Assembly: GCA_002327765.1 (NCBI GenBank)
Contig: DCUH01000133.1
Span: forward strand, 58,885-122,884
DNA length: 64,000 nt
Direction of reading: 5' to 3'
Source: a bacterium UBA2219
GTDB taxonomy: Bacteria > Desulfobacterota > Deferrimicrobia > Deferrimicrobiales > Deferrimicrobiaceae
Shown piece after piece: positions 37,228-48,099 of this stretch. Numbering within the stretch: the stretch's first letter is position 1; every line of letters starts with the position of its first letter. Both the position numbers and the translations under genes were made by a program. A model generated the notes under the pieces. The model did not search any database. It saw only the letters and a list, made by a program, of their open reading frames with translations, and had not been told where the DNA came from.

Positions 37228-37949
37228 ACGTGCTGGTGCTCGGTGCGTCCTCCGCCGTCGGCGCGGGGGTGGCCGAGGCCTTTTCCCCGGGCAACCGGCT
37301 GCTCCTCACGGGCCGGGACGCGTCCCGGCTGGAGCGCGCCGCGGAGCGATGCCGCGCCGCGGGGGCTTCCGCCGTCTCCTGCGTGGCGTGGGACCTGCGG
37401 AATGGGCCGGGCGATCTCGGGCAGGCGGCCGTCGACTTCCGGCCGGACCTGTTCGTAAACGCGGCCTCGGCGACGAGCCGCCTTCGGGACGACCGGATCG
37501 ACCCCGCCGGGATGGATGGTCTTCTGGCCGTCGACGTGGCCGTCCCGCTCGACCTGGTCCGGGCCCTGCTGCCGGAGCTGGGCGGCCGCCCGTTCGGCGT
37601 CATCTTCATATCCTCCTTCCTTTCGGCGGTCCGCAGCCCCGGACGCGAGATATATGGTTCGCTGAAAAGGGTCCACGAGACGGCCCTCCGGGGGATGGCG
37701 GACTCCCGTCCGGGCCTCCGGCTGCTGATCGTCCGGGTTTCGAAGAGGATTCCGACGGACATGGGGAGCCCGGAAGCCGGCCGCCTCGGCGCGGCGGTCC
37801 GGAAGGGGTATTTCGAGGGCGGGCGGGTCATGTATCATGGAGTTGCCGGCCGCCTGGCCGAGGCGCTCTACGGGTTCCAGCCGTTCCTGTTCTCCCTCGC
37901 GGTCCGGATCGACCGTTTCCTGCACGGAAGGTCTTCCACATCCCGATGA
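37224..37949 (+). CDS. Short-chain dehydrogenase/reductase (SDR)
   Basis: VLVLGASSAVGAGVA Rossmann motif and YGSLK catalytic motif. 241 aa. Confidence 0.7.
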   Translation: MNVLVLGASSAVGAGVAEAFSPGNRLLLTGRDASRLERAAERCRAAGASAVSCVAWDLRNGPGDLGQAAVDFRPDLFVNAASATSRLRDDRIDPAGMDGLLAVDVAVPLDLVRALLPELGGRPFGVIFISSFLSAVRSPGREIYGSLKRVHETALRGMADSRPGLRLLIVRVSKRIPTDMGSPEAGRLGAAVRKGYFEGGRVMYHGVAGRLAEALYGFQPFLFSLAVRIDRFLHGRSSTSR

Positions 37950-37962
37950 AAGAGGTAGGCCA

Positions 37963-38625
37963 ATGCGCAAGCTCCTCCTGCTCTCCCTGATCGTCCTGCT
38001 CGCCGCCCCAGCCTTCGCGGAGCCCCCCCAGACAGAGGACCAGAAGGTGCTCTACGCCCTCGGCATGCTCCTCAACCGCTCGGTCGCCTCCTTCCAGCTC
38101 TCGCCCGCGGAGCTGGAGTTCGTGAAGCAGGGGATGACGGACGCCGTGGCGGGGAAGCCGTCCGCCGTGGACCTGCAGGCGTACGGCCCGAAGGTGCAGG
38201 CGCTGAACGAGGCGCGCCGCAAGGCGCAGGCGGACAAGGCGGTCTCCACCGGGAAATCGTTCGAGGAGAAGGCAGCGAAGGAGAAGGGCGCCGTTAAGAC
38301 CGCCTCCGGCCTGGTTTACCAGCCCTTGAAGGAAGGGACCGGGAAGGCCCCGGGCCCGGCCTCCACGGTGAAGGTGCACTACCGCGGGACGCTTCCCGAC
38401 GGGAAGGAGTTCGACAGCTCGTACAAGCGGGGCACCCCCGCCGAGTTCCCGCTGAACGGCGTCATCAAGTGCTTCAGCGAGGGGCTGCAGATGATGAAGG
38501 TGGGCGGAAAGGCGAAGCTGGTCTGCCCCGCGAAGATCGCCTACGGGGACCAGGGGGCGGGCGACGTCATCCCGCCGGGGGCGACCCTCCAGTTCGAGAT
38601 AGAGCTTCTCGGAATTAAGGAGTAA
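37963..38625 (+). CDS. FKBP-type peptidyl-prolyl cis-trans isomerase (FkpA-like), secreted
   Basis: Signal peptide MRKLLLLSLIVLLAAPAFA, and an FKBP domain with VKVHYRGTLPDGKEFDSSY...GATLQFEIELLGI. Confidence 0.85.
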   Translation: MRKLLLLSLIVLLAAPAFAEPPQTEDQKVLYALGMLLNRSVASFQLSPAELEFVKQGMTDAVAGKPSAVDLQAYGPKVQALNEARRKAQADKAVSTGKSFEEKAAKEKGAVKTASGLVYQPLKEGTGKAPGPASTVKVHYRGTLPDGKEFDSSYKRGTPAEFPLNGVIKCFSEGLQMMKVGGKAKLVCPAKIAYGDQGAGDVIPPGATLQFEIELLGIKE

Positions 38626-38636
38626 AATCAACGGTT

Positions 38637-40544
38637 ATGTCCAAGAGCGTGGCCGGGGAGCATTTCTTCCTGCGGTACCGGCTTTTCCTGAAGCTGGTGC
38701 TCCACGGGGTCATCTGCGTCATGGCGTTCCTGGGGGCGTATTTCCTCCGGTTCGAATTCTCCATCCCTTCCCAGTACTTCCCCGTCATCCGGGAAGCGGT
38801 CCCGATTCTGCTGCTGGCGAAGGCGGCTGGGTTCTCCGTCTTCGGCCTGTTCCACGGGTGGTGGCGGTACGTCGGGATCCGGGACGTTCTGCCGATCGCG
38901 GGCGGGTGCGCCCTCGGGTCGTCCCTGTTCTTCGCGGTCGCTTTCTTCCTGTACCCCCCCTCCTCCATTCCCAGGTCGATCTACGCCCTCGACTGCATCC
39001 TGACCTTCCTGTTCGTCATGGGGGCGCGGTACCTGATCCGCTTCAGCCGGGAGACGTTCGAGCGGCGGTCTCACCCGGCAAACCGGCGCGTCCTGATCGT
39101 GGGGGCGGGATCGGCGGGGCAGATGATCGTCCGGGAGATCCGGGCGAACCCGTCCCTGGGGATGATCGAGGTCGGCTTCGTGGACGACGATCCGCGGAAG
39201 CTGCGCGCCCGGATCGACGGCGTCCCGGTGCTGGGGCACCACGGGGACATCCCGCGCCTCTGCGAGGACCAACGGGTCGACGAGATCATCATCGCCATCC
39301 CCTCCGCCCCGCCGTCCCGTCTGCGGCACATCCTGGAGCACTGCCGCGACGCGAAGGCGAGGGCCCGGATCCTCCCGGGGGTCGGGGACCTCATCGACGG
39401 GAAGGTCAGCGTGAGGGACCTCCGGAACGTGGATCTCCAGGACCTCCTCGGGCGCGACCCGGTCCGGCTGGACACCGACCTGCTGAGCCGGAACATCAAG
39501 GGGAAGACGGTGATGGTGACCGGCGCCGCCGGCTCCATCGGTTCGGAGCTGTGCCGCAAGATCGCCGCCCTGTCGCCCGCCCGGCTGGTGATGTTCGAGA
39601 TCGCGGAGAGCCCGCTGTTCGACTTCGAGATGGAGATGCGGGAGAGGTTCCCCGGTATCAGCGCCGTCCCCGTGATCGGCGACGTGCGGGACCGCTCGCG
39701 CGTGGAGGAGGCGCTCCGGATCCACCGGCCGTCCATCGTGTACCACGCGGCGGCGTACAAGCACGTCCCCATGATGGAGATGCACCCCGTGGAGGCCGTG
39801 AAGACGAACGTGCTGGGGACGCGGATCCTCGCCGAGGCGTCCGCGAAGTACGAGGTCGAGAGGTTCGTCCTCGTCTCGACCGACAAGGCGGTCCGCCCGA
39901 CGAACGTGATGGGGGCGACGAAGCGGCTCGCGGAGCTGGTCATCCACAACATGAACGGCGAAGGCCGCCGCACCGTGTTCGTGGCGGTCCGGTTCGGAAA
40001 CGTGCTGGGCAGCGTGGGCAGCGTGATCCCGATCTTCCGGAAGCAGCTGGAGACCACGGGGAAGCTGACCGTCACGGATCCCGCGGCCACCCGCTACTTC
40101 ATGCTGATCCCGGAGGCGGCGGGGCTGATCCTCCAGGCGGGGGCGATGGGGAAGGGCGGGGAGGTGTTCGTCCTCGAGATGGGCGAGCCCATCAAGATCG
40201 TCGACCTGGCGGAGAACCTGATCCGTCTCTCCGGGAGGGAGCTGGGCGTGAACGCCGAGATCGCCTTCACCGGCCTGCGCCCCGGCGAGAAGCTGCACGA
40301 GGAGCTGGTCATCGAGGGGGAGGACGTCGAGCGCACCGACCACCCCAAGGTGATGAAGCTGATCGGCAGCGAGACGATGCCGCCGGGGTGGGCCGAGCGG
40401 CTGGACGAGTTGATCCTCACCGCGACCGCGGGCGAACGGGTCGGCGTCGTCGGCCTGCTGGACGCCCTCGTGAAAGGGTACAACCCCCGATACGAGTACC
40501 ACAAGGCGCCCGCCGGCGAGGACGCCTCGAAATCGTTGCATTGA
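38637..40544 (+). CDS. Membrane-bound nucleotide-sugar 4,6-dehydratase/epimerase (CapD/WbpM/PglF family)
   Basis: Four N-terminal TM helices, a central regulatory region, and a C-terminal extended-SDR domain with VTGAAGSIGSEL and YKHVP... 635 aa. Confidence 0.9.
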   Translation: MSKSVAGEHFFLRYRLFLKLVLHGVICVMAFLGAYFLRFEFSIPSQYFPVIREAVPILLLAKAAGFSVFGLFHGWWRYVGIRDVLPIAGGCALGSSLFFAVAFFLYPPSSIPRSIYALDCILTFLFVMGARYLIRFSRETFERRSHPANRRVLIVGAGSAGQMIVREIRANPSLGMIEVGFVDDDPRKLRARIDGVPVLGHHGDIPRLCEDQRVDEIIIAIPSAPPSRLRHILEHCRDAKARARILPGVGDLIDGKVSVRDLRNVDLQDLLGRDPVRLDTDLLSRNIKGKTVMVTGAAGSIGSELCRKIAALSPARLVMFEIAESPLFDFEMEMRERFPGISAVPVIGDVRDRSRVEEALRIHRPSIVYHAAAYKHVPMMEMHPVEAVKTNVLGTRILAEASAKYEVERFVLVSTDKAVRPTNVMGATKRLAELVIHNMNGEGRRTVFVAVRFGNVLGSVGSVIPIFRKQLETTGKLTVTDPAATRYFMLIPEAAGLILQAGAMGKGGEVFVLEMGEPIKIVDLAENLIRLSGRELGVNAEIAFTGLRPGEKLHEELVIEGEDVERTDHPKVMKLIGSETMPPGWAERLDELILTATAGERVGVVGLLDALVKGYNPRYEYHKAPAGEDASKSLH

Positions 40545-42034
40545 AAGCAAGGTTTCCATTCCCTTCCGCCGCCGTCCTTTTCGCGCTGCTCGCGCTCGCC
40601 GCGGCGCCGGCGCATCCCGCGGACCTCGACCTGGTCGAGGAGCGGGAGGTCTACGTCGCGCTGGACAAGCTGAACGCGATGGGGCTGCTGCCCGGCTTCC
40701 TGGCGAACACGCGCCCCTACGACATGCAGGCGGTTCGGGCGGCCGCGGGGGACGTCCAGTGGGCCGGGATGGCCGTGCCGGAATCCGTCGCCGATCTGGG
40801 CCGGTGGGTCGCCTGGCGGTCGAGCCACGCGAACATGGTCCGCGGGCAGCTGTCGGCGGGCTATTCCAGGGAACCTCGGGTTGAGGAAAACAGCGGCGCG
40901 ACGCGGACGCCCGACGGGTACTCGATCCGGGGCACCGCCCTCGGCCGCTCCGAGCCGTATCCCTGGCTCTCCTTCGGCGGCAAGGCGACGGCCTGGACCG
41001 GCGAGGAGGACGGCGCGCGCATGGCGGGCTATTCCGCACAGGCCGGCCACAAGTACGCCTCCCTGCAGGCGGGGAAGATCACGACCTGGTACGGCCCCGG
41101 GCGCCGCGGCTCCCTGATCTTCACGAATAACGCGGAGCCGTATCCCGGCGTGCGTCTCCACAACCCGGTGCCCATCCCGATCACGGGATTCTTCTCCTTC
41201 CTGGGGCATTTCCAGTACGACCTGTTCGTGGCCCGGATGGACAAGGACCGGCCGGTGCCGGAGACGATGCTTTCGGGTATGCGTCTCGCCCTGCGGCCCA
41301 ACCGTTACCTGGAGATCGGCGCTTCCCGGGCGATGCACTTCGGGGGGGAGGGGTACGACGACGGCTTCAGCGCCTGGTGGGACGCGTTCAAGGGGAAAGA
41401 GGAGGGCGACCTGGAGAACACCCGGAACCAGCTCGGGGGGTTCGACGTCCAGCTGACGCTGCCCTTCAAGACCTTTCCCGTGCAGCTCTACTTCGAGGCC
41501 GCGGGGGAGGACCAGTCCCGGGGGGAAGGGATCGAGTTCCTCCCCATGCCGGAGAAGTGGGCGTACTTGGGCGGGGTGTTCTTTCCCGCCCTCTTCGGGA
41601 CCCCCCGGCTCGATTTCCGGGCGGAGTACGCGGACAACCGCGTCCACCACGAGGGCGACATCTGGTACACCCACCCTTACTCCCCGCACGAATACAAGGG
41701 GCGGATCCTCGGCCACCCGATGGGCACGGACGCGCGGGATCTCATGCTGCAGGGGCGATGGTTCCTCCTTCCGTCCACGTACCTGGAATTCACGATGAAC
41801 TTCACCGACCGGTACCACCCGGGGCCGTCGACGGAAAAGACGACCGGTTTCCGCACGGCGTTCGTGGGCTGGCTCACCCCTTCCGTCCGGGCCGGCGCGG
41901 GGGTCCTGCTGGAACGGGTGAAGAACCCGGGCGGGGCCGCGGTCGGCACGCGGGACGAATTCGCGTATTATATCGATCTGTCCTGGCAAATTTCCGGCGG
42001 CAATGTTCCGGCTTCCTCCAAGGAGAGACCATGA
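40541..42034 (+). CDS. wzi: Wzi-family outer-membrane capsule assembly protein
   Basis: Signal peptide (KARFPFPSAAVLFALLALAAAPAHPA). Blocks matching E. coli K30 Wzi as I recall it: WYGPGRRGSLIF ~ WWGPGYEGSLIR; LEIGASRAMHFGGEGYDDGFSAWWDAFKGKE ~ LELGASRIMQWGGEGRPESFSNFWDGLTGKD; NQLGGFDVQLTL ~ NQLAGFDFKFKL; AAGEDQS ~ MIGEDES. TTG start overlaps the capD stop. The ORF track shows only a long read-through ORF in this frame. Confidence 0.75.
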   Translation: MKARFPFPSAAVLFALLALAAAPAHPADLDLVEEREVYVALDKLNAMGLLPGFLANTRPYDMQAVRAAAGDVQWAGMAVPESVADLGRWVAWRSSHANMVRGQLSAGYSREPRVEENSGATRTPDGYSIRGTALGRSEPYPWLSFGGKATAWTGEEDGARMAGYSAQAGHKYASLQAGKITTWYGPGRRGSLIFTNNAEPYPGVRLHNPVPIPITGFFSFLGHFQYDLFVARMDKDRPVPETMLSGMRLALRPNRYLEIGASRAMHFGGEGYDDGFSAWWDAFKGKEEGDLENTRNQLGGFDVQLTLPFKTFPVQLYFEAAGEDQSRGEGIEFLPMPEKWAYLGGVFFPALFGTPRLDFRAEYADNRVHHEGDIWYTHPYSPHEYKGRILGHPMGTDARDLMLQGRWFLLPSTYLEFTMNFTDRYHPGPSTEKTTGFRTAFVGWLTPSVRAGAGVLLERVKNPGGAAVGTRDEFAYYIDLSWQISGGNVPASSKERP

Positions 42035-44550
42035 TTCGCCATTTATCCCGGGGATTGTTCGCGGTCGTGCTTCTGCTGGTTTCGGGTCTCCACGGCGCAT
42101 GGGCCGTGGACCTTTTCGGGACGGGAGGCGGGGTTTTCGGCCCGGCGCAATCCGGCGACGCGGACGCCAGGGGCTATTACCAGGGGACGGGGTCGAGATC
42201 CCCCTACCAGCCGACGGGGGATCCGTCCTCCGCCTATCCCCTGGGGGGCTATCCCTACCCGATGATGGGCGGCGACACCCTGGCGGATCAACCCGGCCCG
42301 CCGTCCGCGCCCGCCCCGACGCTTCCCCCCCTGCCGCCGGAAGGCCAGTCCGCGTTCGAGCAGTTCGTTTCGGGAAAGATCGAGATCACGAAAGCGCAGC
42401 TCGACGTGATCGTTTCCGACCCGGCGATCGTTTTCACGAATTTCCTCGCGGGCGTCCCCAACGGGACGGTGGCCGTGCCGGTCGGCATCGTCATGCCGCC
42501 GGGGGCGGCGGCGCCGGCGAAGCCTCCGGAATCGGCCGAGCAGAAGGCCGCGGCCCCCTCCTCCGACAACGTGGCGCCCGCCGCGACCGCCGGCTACCTC
42601 GTCGGCCCGCGGGACCGGATCGCCGATGCGTTCCGGCTCCTGGGGATCGCGAGCCCGTATTCCATTTCCATGGACCTGAAGCATTTCGGGCTCGACCTCT
42701 TCGAGCAGGGCCGTTCCGGCTTCCTCACGACGGCCAATCTCCCCGTGGGGCCCGACTACGTGCTGGGCCCAGAGGACGAGGTGAAGATACGGGTCTGGGG
42801 CAAGGTCGAAGGGGCATGGATCCGGCGGATCGAGCGGGACGGCACGGTCCGGCTGCCGAAGGTCGGCGTCGTCTCCCTCGGAGGGCTGAGCTTCGCGCAG
42901 GCGAAGGAAACGCTCCACAAGGAGTATTCGAGGGTGTTCACCGGGTTCGAGATGAACGTAACCCTCGGGGCGCTTCGCACGATGACCGTGTACGTCGTGG
43001 GCAACGCCCGGATGCCGGGCGCCTACACGGTGTCGTCGCTTTCGACGCTGGTGCACGCCATGATGCAGGCCGGCGGGCCGTCCAAGGCCGGGTCCATGCG
43101 CGACATCCAGATCCGCAGGGACGGGATGACGGTTTCCCACTTCGACATGTACGACCTGCTGCGGCACGGGGACAAGTCCGGCGATCCGAGGCTCCTGCCG
43201 GAGGACGTGATCTTCATCCCCCCCGTCGGCCCGGTCGCCGCGATCGCGGGCAGCGTGAGCCGCCCGGGGCTGTACGAGCTGAAGGGGGAGCGGACCGTTT
43301 CGCAGCTCATCGAGCTGGCGGGGGGGCTGAACGCCCTGGCGTTCCGGGGCCGGCTGCAGATCGAGCGGATCGTGGAGAGCAACCGCCAGATCGTGTTCGA
43401 ATCCGACCTCGCCGAATGGAAGGAAAGGGAGGTCGACCTCCGTTCCGGCGACATCCTCAAGGTCTTCCAGATCGTCAAGGACCAGCGTACCGTCCGCGTG
43501 ACGGGGGCCGTTCTCCGGGAGGGCGATTACGGGTTCACCCCCGGCATGACGGTGAAGGACCTGGTCGGCCTGTCCGGCGGGGCGAAATATTACGCGTACC
43601 TGAAGGAGGCGGAGCTGGCCCGCCTGTACCTTTCCGAGCAGGGGCCGCGGGTGGAGAAGGTCAACCTCGACCTGGAAAATGCGATGGCCGGGGATGCCCG
43701 GTCGAACCTGCCGCTGCAGGAAAACGACCACCTGTTCGTCCGGACCATCCCCGAGTGGGGCACGTACACGCAGGTCTCGGTCCTGGGGGAGGTCCGGTTC
43801 CCCGGCACCTACACCGCGCGGAAGGGGGAGCGGCTCTCCTCCCTGATCGAGAGGGCCGGCGGCTACACGTCGAGCGCCTACGTCCGGGGCGCCGTGTTCA
43901 CGAGGGTCAGCGTGCGGGAGACCCAGCAGAGGATGCTCGACGAGTCCATCGCGCGGCTGGAACGGGACCTGATGGCACAGAGCGCCGCTTCCGCGGCGAC
44001 CGCGGCCTCCGGCGAGGAGCTGGGGGCGAAGGAACTGGAGGTCCGGCGGGTCCAGGCGCTGGTGGAGAAGCTGCGGACCTTCAAGGCCCGGGGGAGGATG
44101 GTGCTGGAGGTGTCCTCGCCGGAAAAGATGAAAAACACCATGAACGACATCGAGCTCGAAAACGGGGACGTCCTGTACGTGCCCCAGAATCCCCGGTGCG
44201 TCCACGCGTTGGGCGCCGTGTTCAACCAGGCGACGTTCGTTTTCGACAAGAGCAAGGGGGTCGAGGATTACATCACGATGGCCGGCGGGTTCATGGACTC
44301 CGGCGACAAGGAGCGCGTCTACATCCTGAAATCGAACGGGTCCGCGGTCCGTCCCGACAGCGGCCGTTTCTTCCTGCTCCCCGGGTCTTCGTTCTCCTCG
44401 GCGGACGGCAAGCCGATACTGGAATCCGGGGACACCATCGTGGTGCCCGAGAAGATCGACCGGATCGCGTGGCTCCGCAACACTAAGGACGTCTTCCAGA
44501 TCCTGTTCCAGGCGACGATGGCGGCCGGCGTCGTGATCGCAGCGTTGTGA
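42033..44550 (+). CDS. Polysaccharide export protein, Wza/KpsD-like with multiple SLBB domains (paralog 2, 839 aa)
   Basis: Signal peptide MIRHLSRGLFAVVLLLVSGLHGAWA. SLBB modules (VLGPEDEVKIRVWGKVEG..., GSVSRPGLYELKGERTVSQLIELAGG..., GEVRFPGTYTARKGERLSSLIERAGG...). Collinear with paralog 1 except for the insert. Confidence 0.85.
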
Positions 44551-44574
44551 GAGGCATCGACACGGGAGCGTAGA

Positions 44575-45717
44575 ATGGACCCCGACACGACCATCCGCGA
44601 GGAAGAAATCGACTGGGGTGCGGTGTTCCGCGCCCTGTCCCGGAGGAAATGGCTCATCCTTCGTGTCGCCGCCGCGACCGCGGTGATCGCCGCCCTGGTC
44701 TCCCTGTTCCTGCCCGTCTATTACGAGGCGGAAACGAGGATCTACCCTCCCCAGGACAAGGGGGGCAACCTCGCGGCGCAGCTCATGGGCCAGGGAGGGG
44801 GGTTGATCGCCCTCGCGACGGGGGCCGCGGGCGTCAGCGTCAAGTCGACGGGCGAGCTGTACGTGTCCATGATGAAATCCCGCACGGTCCTGGACCGGCT
44901 GGTCGACCGGTTCGACCTGCTGAAGCTATACGGGAAGAAGTACCGGCAGGACGCCCGGAGGGAGCTCCTCGACCTGCTCAAGGCCCGGGAGGAGCGGAAG
45001 ACGGGGATCATCGTCCTCTCCGTGCAGGACAAGGACCCGAAACGGGCGGCGGAGCTCGCCAACGCCTTCGTGGAGGAACTCCGGTCCCTGACGGGCGGGC
45101 TGTCGATCTCGGAGGCCGGCCAGCGGCGCCTGTTCTTCGAGGAGCAGCTCGCGCGGACGAGGGATGCGCTTTCCCGCTCCGAGGAAGAGATCAAGGAGTT
45201 CCAGCAGCGGACCGGCATGTTCCAGATCGACGCGCAGGCGGGCGCCATCATCGAAAGCATCGCGCAGCTGCGGGCGAGCATCGCGATGAAGGAGGTCCAG
45301 GCCAAGGTCCTGCGGTCGTTCGCGACCTCCCGGAATCCCGACCTGCAGCGGGTCGAGGAGGAGCTCCGGGGGCTGCGCTTGGAGCTGGAGAAGGTGGAGA
45401 CGAAAAAGGGGAGCGGCTTCGACCCCCTCATGTCCTCGGGCCGCGTCCCGGAGATGGGCTTGGAATATCTCCGGAAGATGCGGCAGCTGAAATACAACGA
45501 AACACTCTACGTGCTCCTCGCGAAGCAGTTCGAGCTGGCGAAGCTGGACGAGGCGAAAGAGGCGGTCGTCATCCAGGTGATCGACCAGGCGGTCCCCCCG
45601 GAGCGCAAGTCCAGGCCCCAGAGGGCGTCGATCGTCCTGCTCGCGACGGGGCTGGCGCTCCTGCTCTCCTCGTTGTACGTGCTGTTCGGCGAACGCCCGT
45701 GGAAGAGGGCGGGTTGA
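44575..45717 (+). CDS. Polysaccharide co-polymerase / chain-length determinant (Wzz-like, paralog 2)
   Basis: N-terminal TM (LILRVAAATAVIAALVSLFLPV), a long coiled-coil periplasmic region, and a C-terminal TM (IVLLATGLALLLSSLYVLF). No Walker motifs. Confidence 0.75.
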   Translation: MDPDTTIREEEIDWGAVFRALSRRKWLILRVAAATAVIAALVSLFLPVYYEAETRIYPPQDKGGNLAAQLMGQGGGLIALATGAAGVSVKSTGELYVSMMKSRTVLDRLVDRFDLLKLYGKKYRQDARRELLDLLKAREERKTGIIVLSVQDKDPKRAAELANAFVEELRSLTGGLSISEAGQRRLFFEEQLARTRDALSRSEEEIKEFQQRTGMFQIDAQAGAIIESIAQLRASIAMKEVQAKVLRSFATSRNPDLQRVEEELRGLRLELEKVETKKGSGFDPLMSSGRVPEMGLEYLRKMRQLKYNETLYVLLAKQFELAKLDEAKEAVVIQVIDQAVPPERKSRPQRASIVLLATGLALLLSSLYVLFGERPWKRAG

Positions 45718-45793
45718 CCGGGGAAGATCCCCTTCCCATGCCGCCGGAACGGGAAGGAAGGCCGGCCTCCGCTCCGCGCCGGGTGCCCCTCCC

Positions 45794-47332
45794 GTGAGCC
45801 GGCCCCTCAGCGGGCGGCTCATGGTCCGCAACGCCCTGGCGAACGTCGCGAGCGGGGCCTCCGCCGCACTGCTCGCCATCGTCCTGCCGCCCGTCCTCGT
45901 GCGCGCCCTGTCGGCGGAAGTCTACGCCACGTGGGCCCTCATCCTCCAGATCGGGGCCTACACTGCGCTATTGAATTTCGGGATCCAGACGGCCGTCGGC
46001 CGGTTCGTGGCCCGCTACGACGAAACCGGCGAGACCGGCCGCCGCGACGAGCTGGTGTCCACGGCCTGGGCGGTCCTGTCGGCCAGCGCGGCGGCGGGGA
46101 TCCTGGCGATGCTCCTGCTTTCGGCCTTCCTCCCCGAATTTTTCCCGAGGATCCCCGCCGCGGTCCGCCGGGAAGCGCAGGGCTCCCTGGCCTGGGTCGG
46201 GACCTCCCTGGCGCTGGGCCTTCCGTTCTCCGTCTTCATGGGGATCTTCATAGGCCGCCAGAGCAACGGGATCCCCGCGGTGATCCAGGTGGTGAGCCGC
46301 CTCGCCACGGGGGTCGGGATCTACCTCGTCTGCATCTTCTCCCCGACCCTGCTGTCCATGGCGAAGGTCTTCGCCGGGGTGAACTTCTGCACGTACGCGT
46401 TCCAGTACCTCGTGCACAGGCGCTGGAACGGGGACTGCGACATCCGCCCGGGGCTGGCCGGCAGGTCGGCGTGGGCCGACCTTTGGGACTACTGCTTCAG
46501 TCTCACCGTCTGGAGCCTGGCCTCGCTGATGGTTTCCGGCCTGAGCCTGGTGATCGTCGGGAGGCTCGATTTCGGGGCCGTCGCCGCGTTCGCGATCGCC
46601 TCGGGCCTCGTCACCTTCATCAGCGGCCTGCAGGGCGCCGTCTTCAACGTGCTGATCCCGGTGGGCGCCGTCCTCCAGGTCGACACCGACGGGGACCGCC
46701 TCCGCCGCATGCTCCTGAACAGCACCCGCTACGGCGTGCTGCTCCTGCTGGCCTCGGGGCTGCCGCTGTTCGTCTTCGGGGACTTCCTGCTGAAATACTA
46801 CGTCGGCCCGAAATGGATCCCGCAGACGCTGCCGCTTCTCCAGTTGCTCGTCGTGGGGAACCTGATCCGGCTGTCCGCCGTGCCGTACGTCTCCCTGCTG
46901 ATCGGGACCGGGCAGCAGCGGCTGGTCATCGCCAGCCCGCTGCTGGAAGGGTTCACGAACCTCCTCTCCAGCGTTTTCCTCGGGTTGCGGTTCGGCGCCC
47001 GCGGCGTGGCGGTCGGCACCATCCTCGGGGCGGTGGTTGGGCTGGTTTTCCATATCCTGTACAATTTCCCCAGGACGGACCAGATCCCGGCCCGGGCGGG
47101 CCGGTTCGTGCGGGAGGGGCTGCTCCTTCCGCTGGTCCCCGCGCTGCCCTGGGCCGCGTGGGTCTTCCGGGACCGGATCCTCCCTTCGGGGGGATCGGCG
47201 GCGTTTCCGCTGTTCCTGGCGGTCGCCGGATCGACGCTTTACCTTTTGTGGAAATTCGTCCTCCGCCGGGAAGAGCACGAGGCGCTGGCGGGCTTTCTGC
47301 GCCGGAGGGGACAAGGGGCCGACCGCGCGTGA
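45794..47332 (+). CDS. MOP-superfamily oligosaccharide flippase (Wzx-like, paralog 2)
   Basis: 512 aa with about 12-14 TM helices. Confidence 0.75.
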   Translation: MSRPLSGRLMVRNALANVASGASAALLAIVLPPVLVRALSAEVYATWALILQIGAYTALLNFGIQTAVGRFVARYDETGETGRRDELVSTAWAVLSASAAAGILAMLLLSAFLPEFFPRIPAAVRREAQGSLAWVGTSLALGLPFSVFMGIFIGRQSNGIPAVIQVVSRLATGVGIYLVCIFSPTLLSMAKVFAGVNFCTYAFQYLVHRRWNGDCDIRPGLAGRSAWADLWDYCFSLTVWSLASLMVSGLSLVIVGRLDFGAVAAFAIASGLVTFISGLQGAVFNVLIPVGAVLQVDTDGDRLRRMLLNSTRYGVLLLLASGLPLFVFGDFLLKYYVGPKWIPQTLPLLQLLVVGNLIRLSAVPYVSLLIGTGQQRLVIASPLLEGFTNLLSSVFLGLRFGARGVAVGTILGAVVGLVFHILYNFPRTDQIPARAGRFVREGLLLPLVPALPWAAWVFRDRILPSGGSAAFPLFLAVAGSTLYLLWKFVLRREEHEALAGFLRRRGQGADRA

Positions 47333-48099
47333 AGGTCATGACGACGCTGGGCAAGCTGGCGGACCAGGGCCGTTTCCGGCTGTTTTTGTGGAGGAGGATC
47401 CGCCCCCATTTCGCCGGCGCGCACGGGATCGAGATCGGGGGCCCCAGCAACCCCTTCAAGGCCACGGGGTTCATGCCGGTCTATTCCGCCGCAAGGCGGG
47501 TCGACGTGTGCAACTTCAGCGACCGGACGATCTGGGAGGGTACGCTCGCGTCGGGGTTCACCTTCGCGCCGGAAGGGCGGACCATCGGCATGCAGTACGT
47601 CTGCGAGGGGTCGAACCTGTCGATCCTCCCGGAGGGGTCGTACGATTTCGTCCTTTCCTGCCACAATCTGGAGCATTTCGCCAACCCGTTGAAGGCCGTG
47701 TCGGAATGGCTGAGGATCCTGAAGGGGGACGGGGTCCTGCTCCTGGTCCTCCCGGATCCCGCCAGGACGTTCGACCGGGGGAGGGACGTGACGCGGTTCG
47801 ACCACCTCCTGAAGGACTTCGAGGAGAACGTCGGGGAGGACGACCAGACCCACGTTCCGGAAGTGGTCGAGAGGACGGATTTTTCCGTCTACCCGAAGAA
47901 CATCGCCGCGACGACGGAGGAGTTCGCGGGATTATGCCGCGACAACCTGAACAACCGCAGCATGCATCACCACGTGTTCGACCGGGACCTCCTGGAGCGC
48001 ATTTTCGACGGGTTCTCGTTGAAGACCCGGTTCTGGGCGAAGGTGCTGCCGTATCACCAGGTCATCGTCGGGCAAAAGACGGCGAAGGCGGCGGTTTGA
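47329..48099 (+). CDS. SAM-dependent methyltransferase (Methyltransf_11/23-like)
   Basis: GIEIGGPSNPF and LSCHNLEHFANP motifs. Start overlaps the upstream stop (GTGA); alternative ATG at 47338. Confidence 0.7.
   Translation: MKVMTTLGKLADQGRFRLFLWRRIRPHFAGAHGIEIGGPSNPFKATGFMPVYSAARRVDVCNFSDRTIWEGTLASGFTFAPEGRTIGMQYVCEGSNLSILPEGSYDFVLSCHNLEHFANPLKAVSEWLRILKGDGVLLLVLPDPARTFDRGRDVTRFDHLLKDFEENVGEDDQTHVPEVVERTDFSVYPKNIAATTEEFAGLCRDNLNNRSMHHHVFDRDLLERIFDGFSLKTRFWAKVLPYHQVIVGQKTAKAAV

Noticed and set aside
38858-42034. ORF 38858-42034 (+, 1058 aa) as a single gene
   Set aside because: Its first 560 codons are an out-of-frame read-through of the capD-like gene with a low-complexity translation. Only the part from TTG 40541 onward, the Wzi-family protein, is real.
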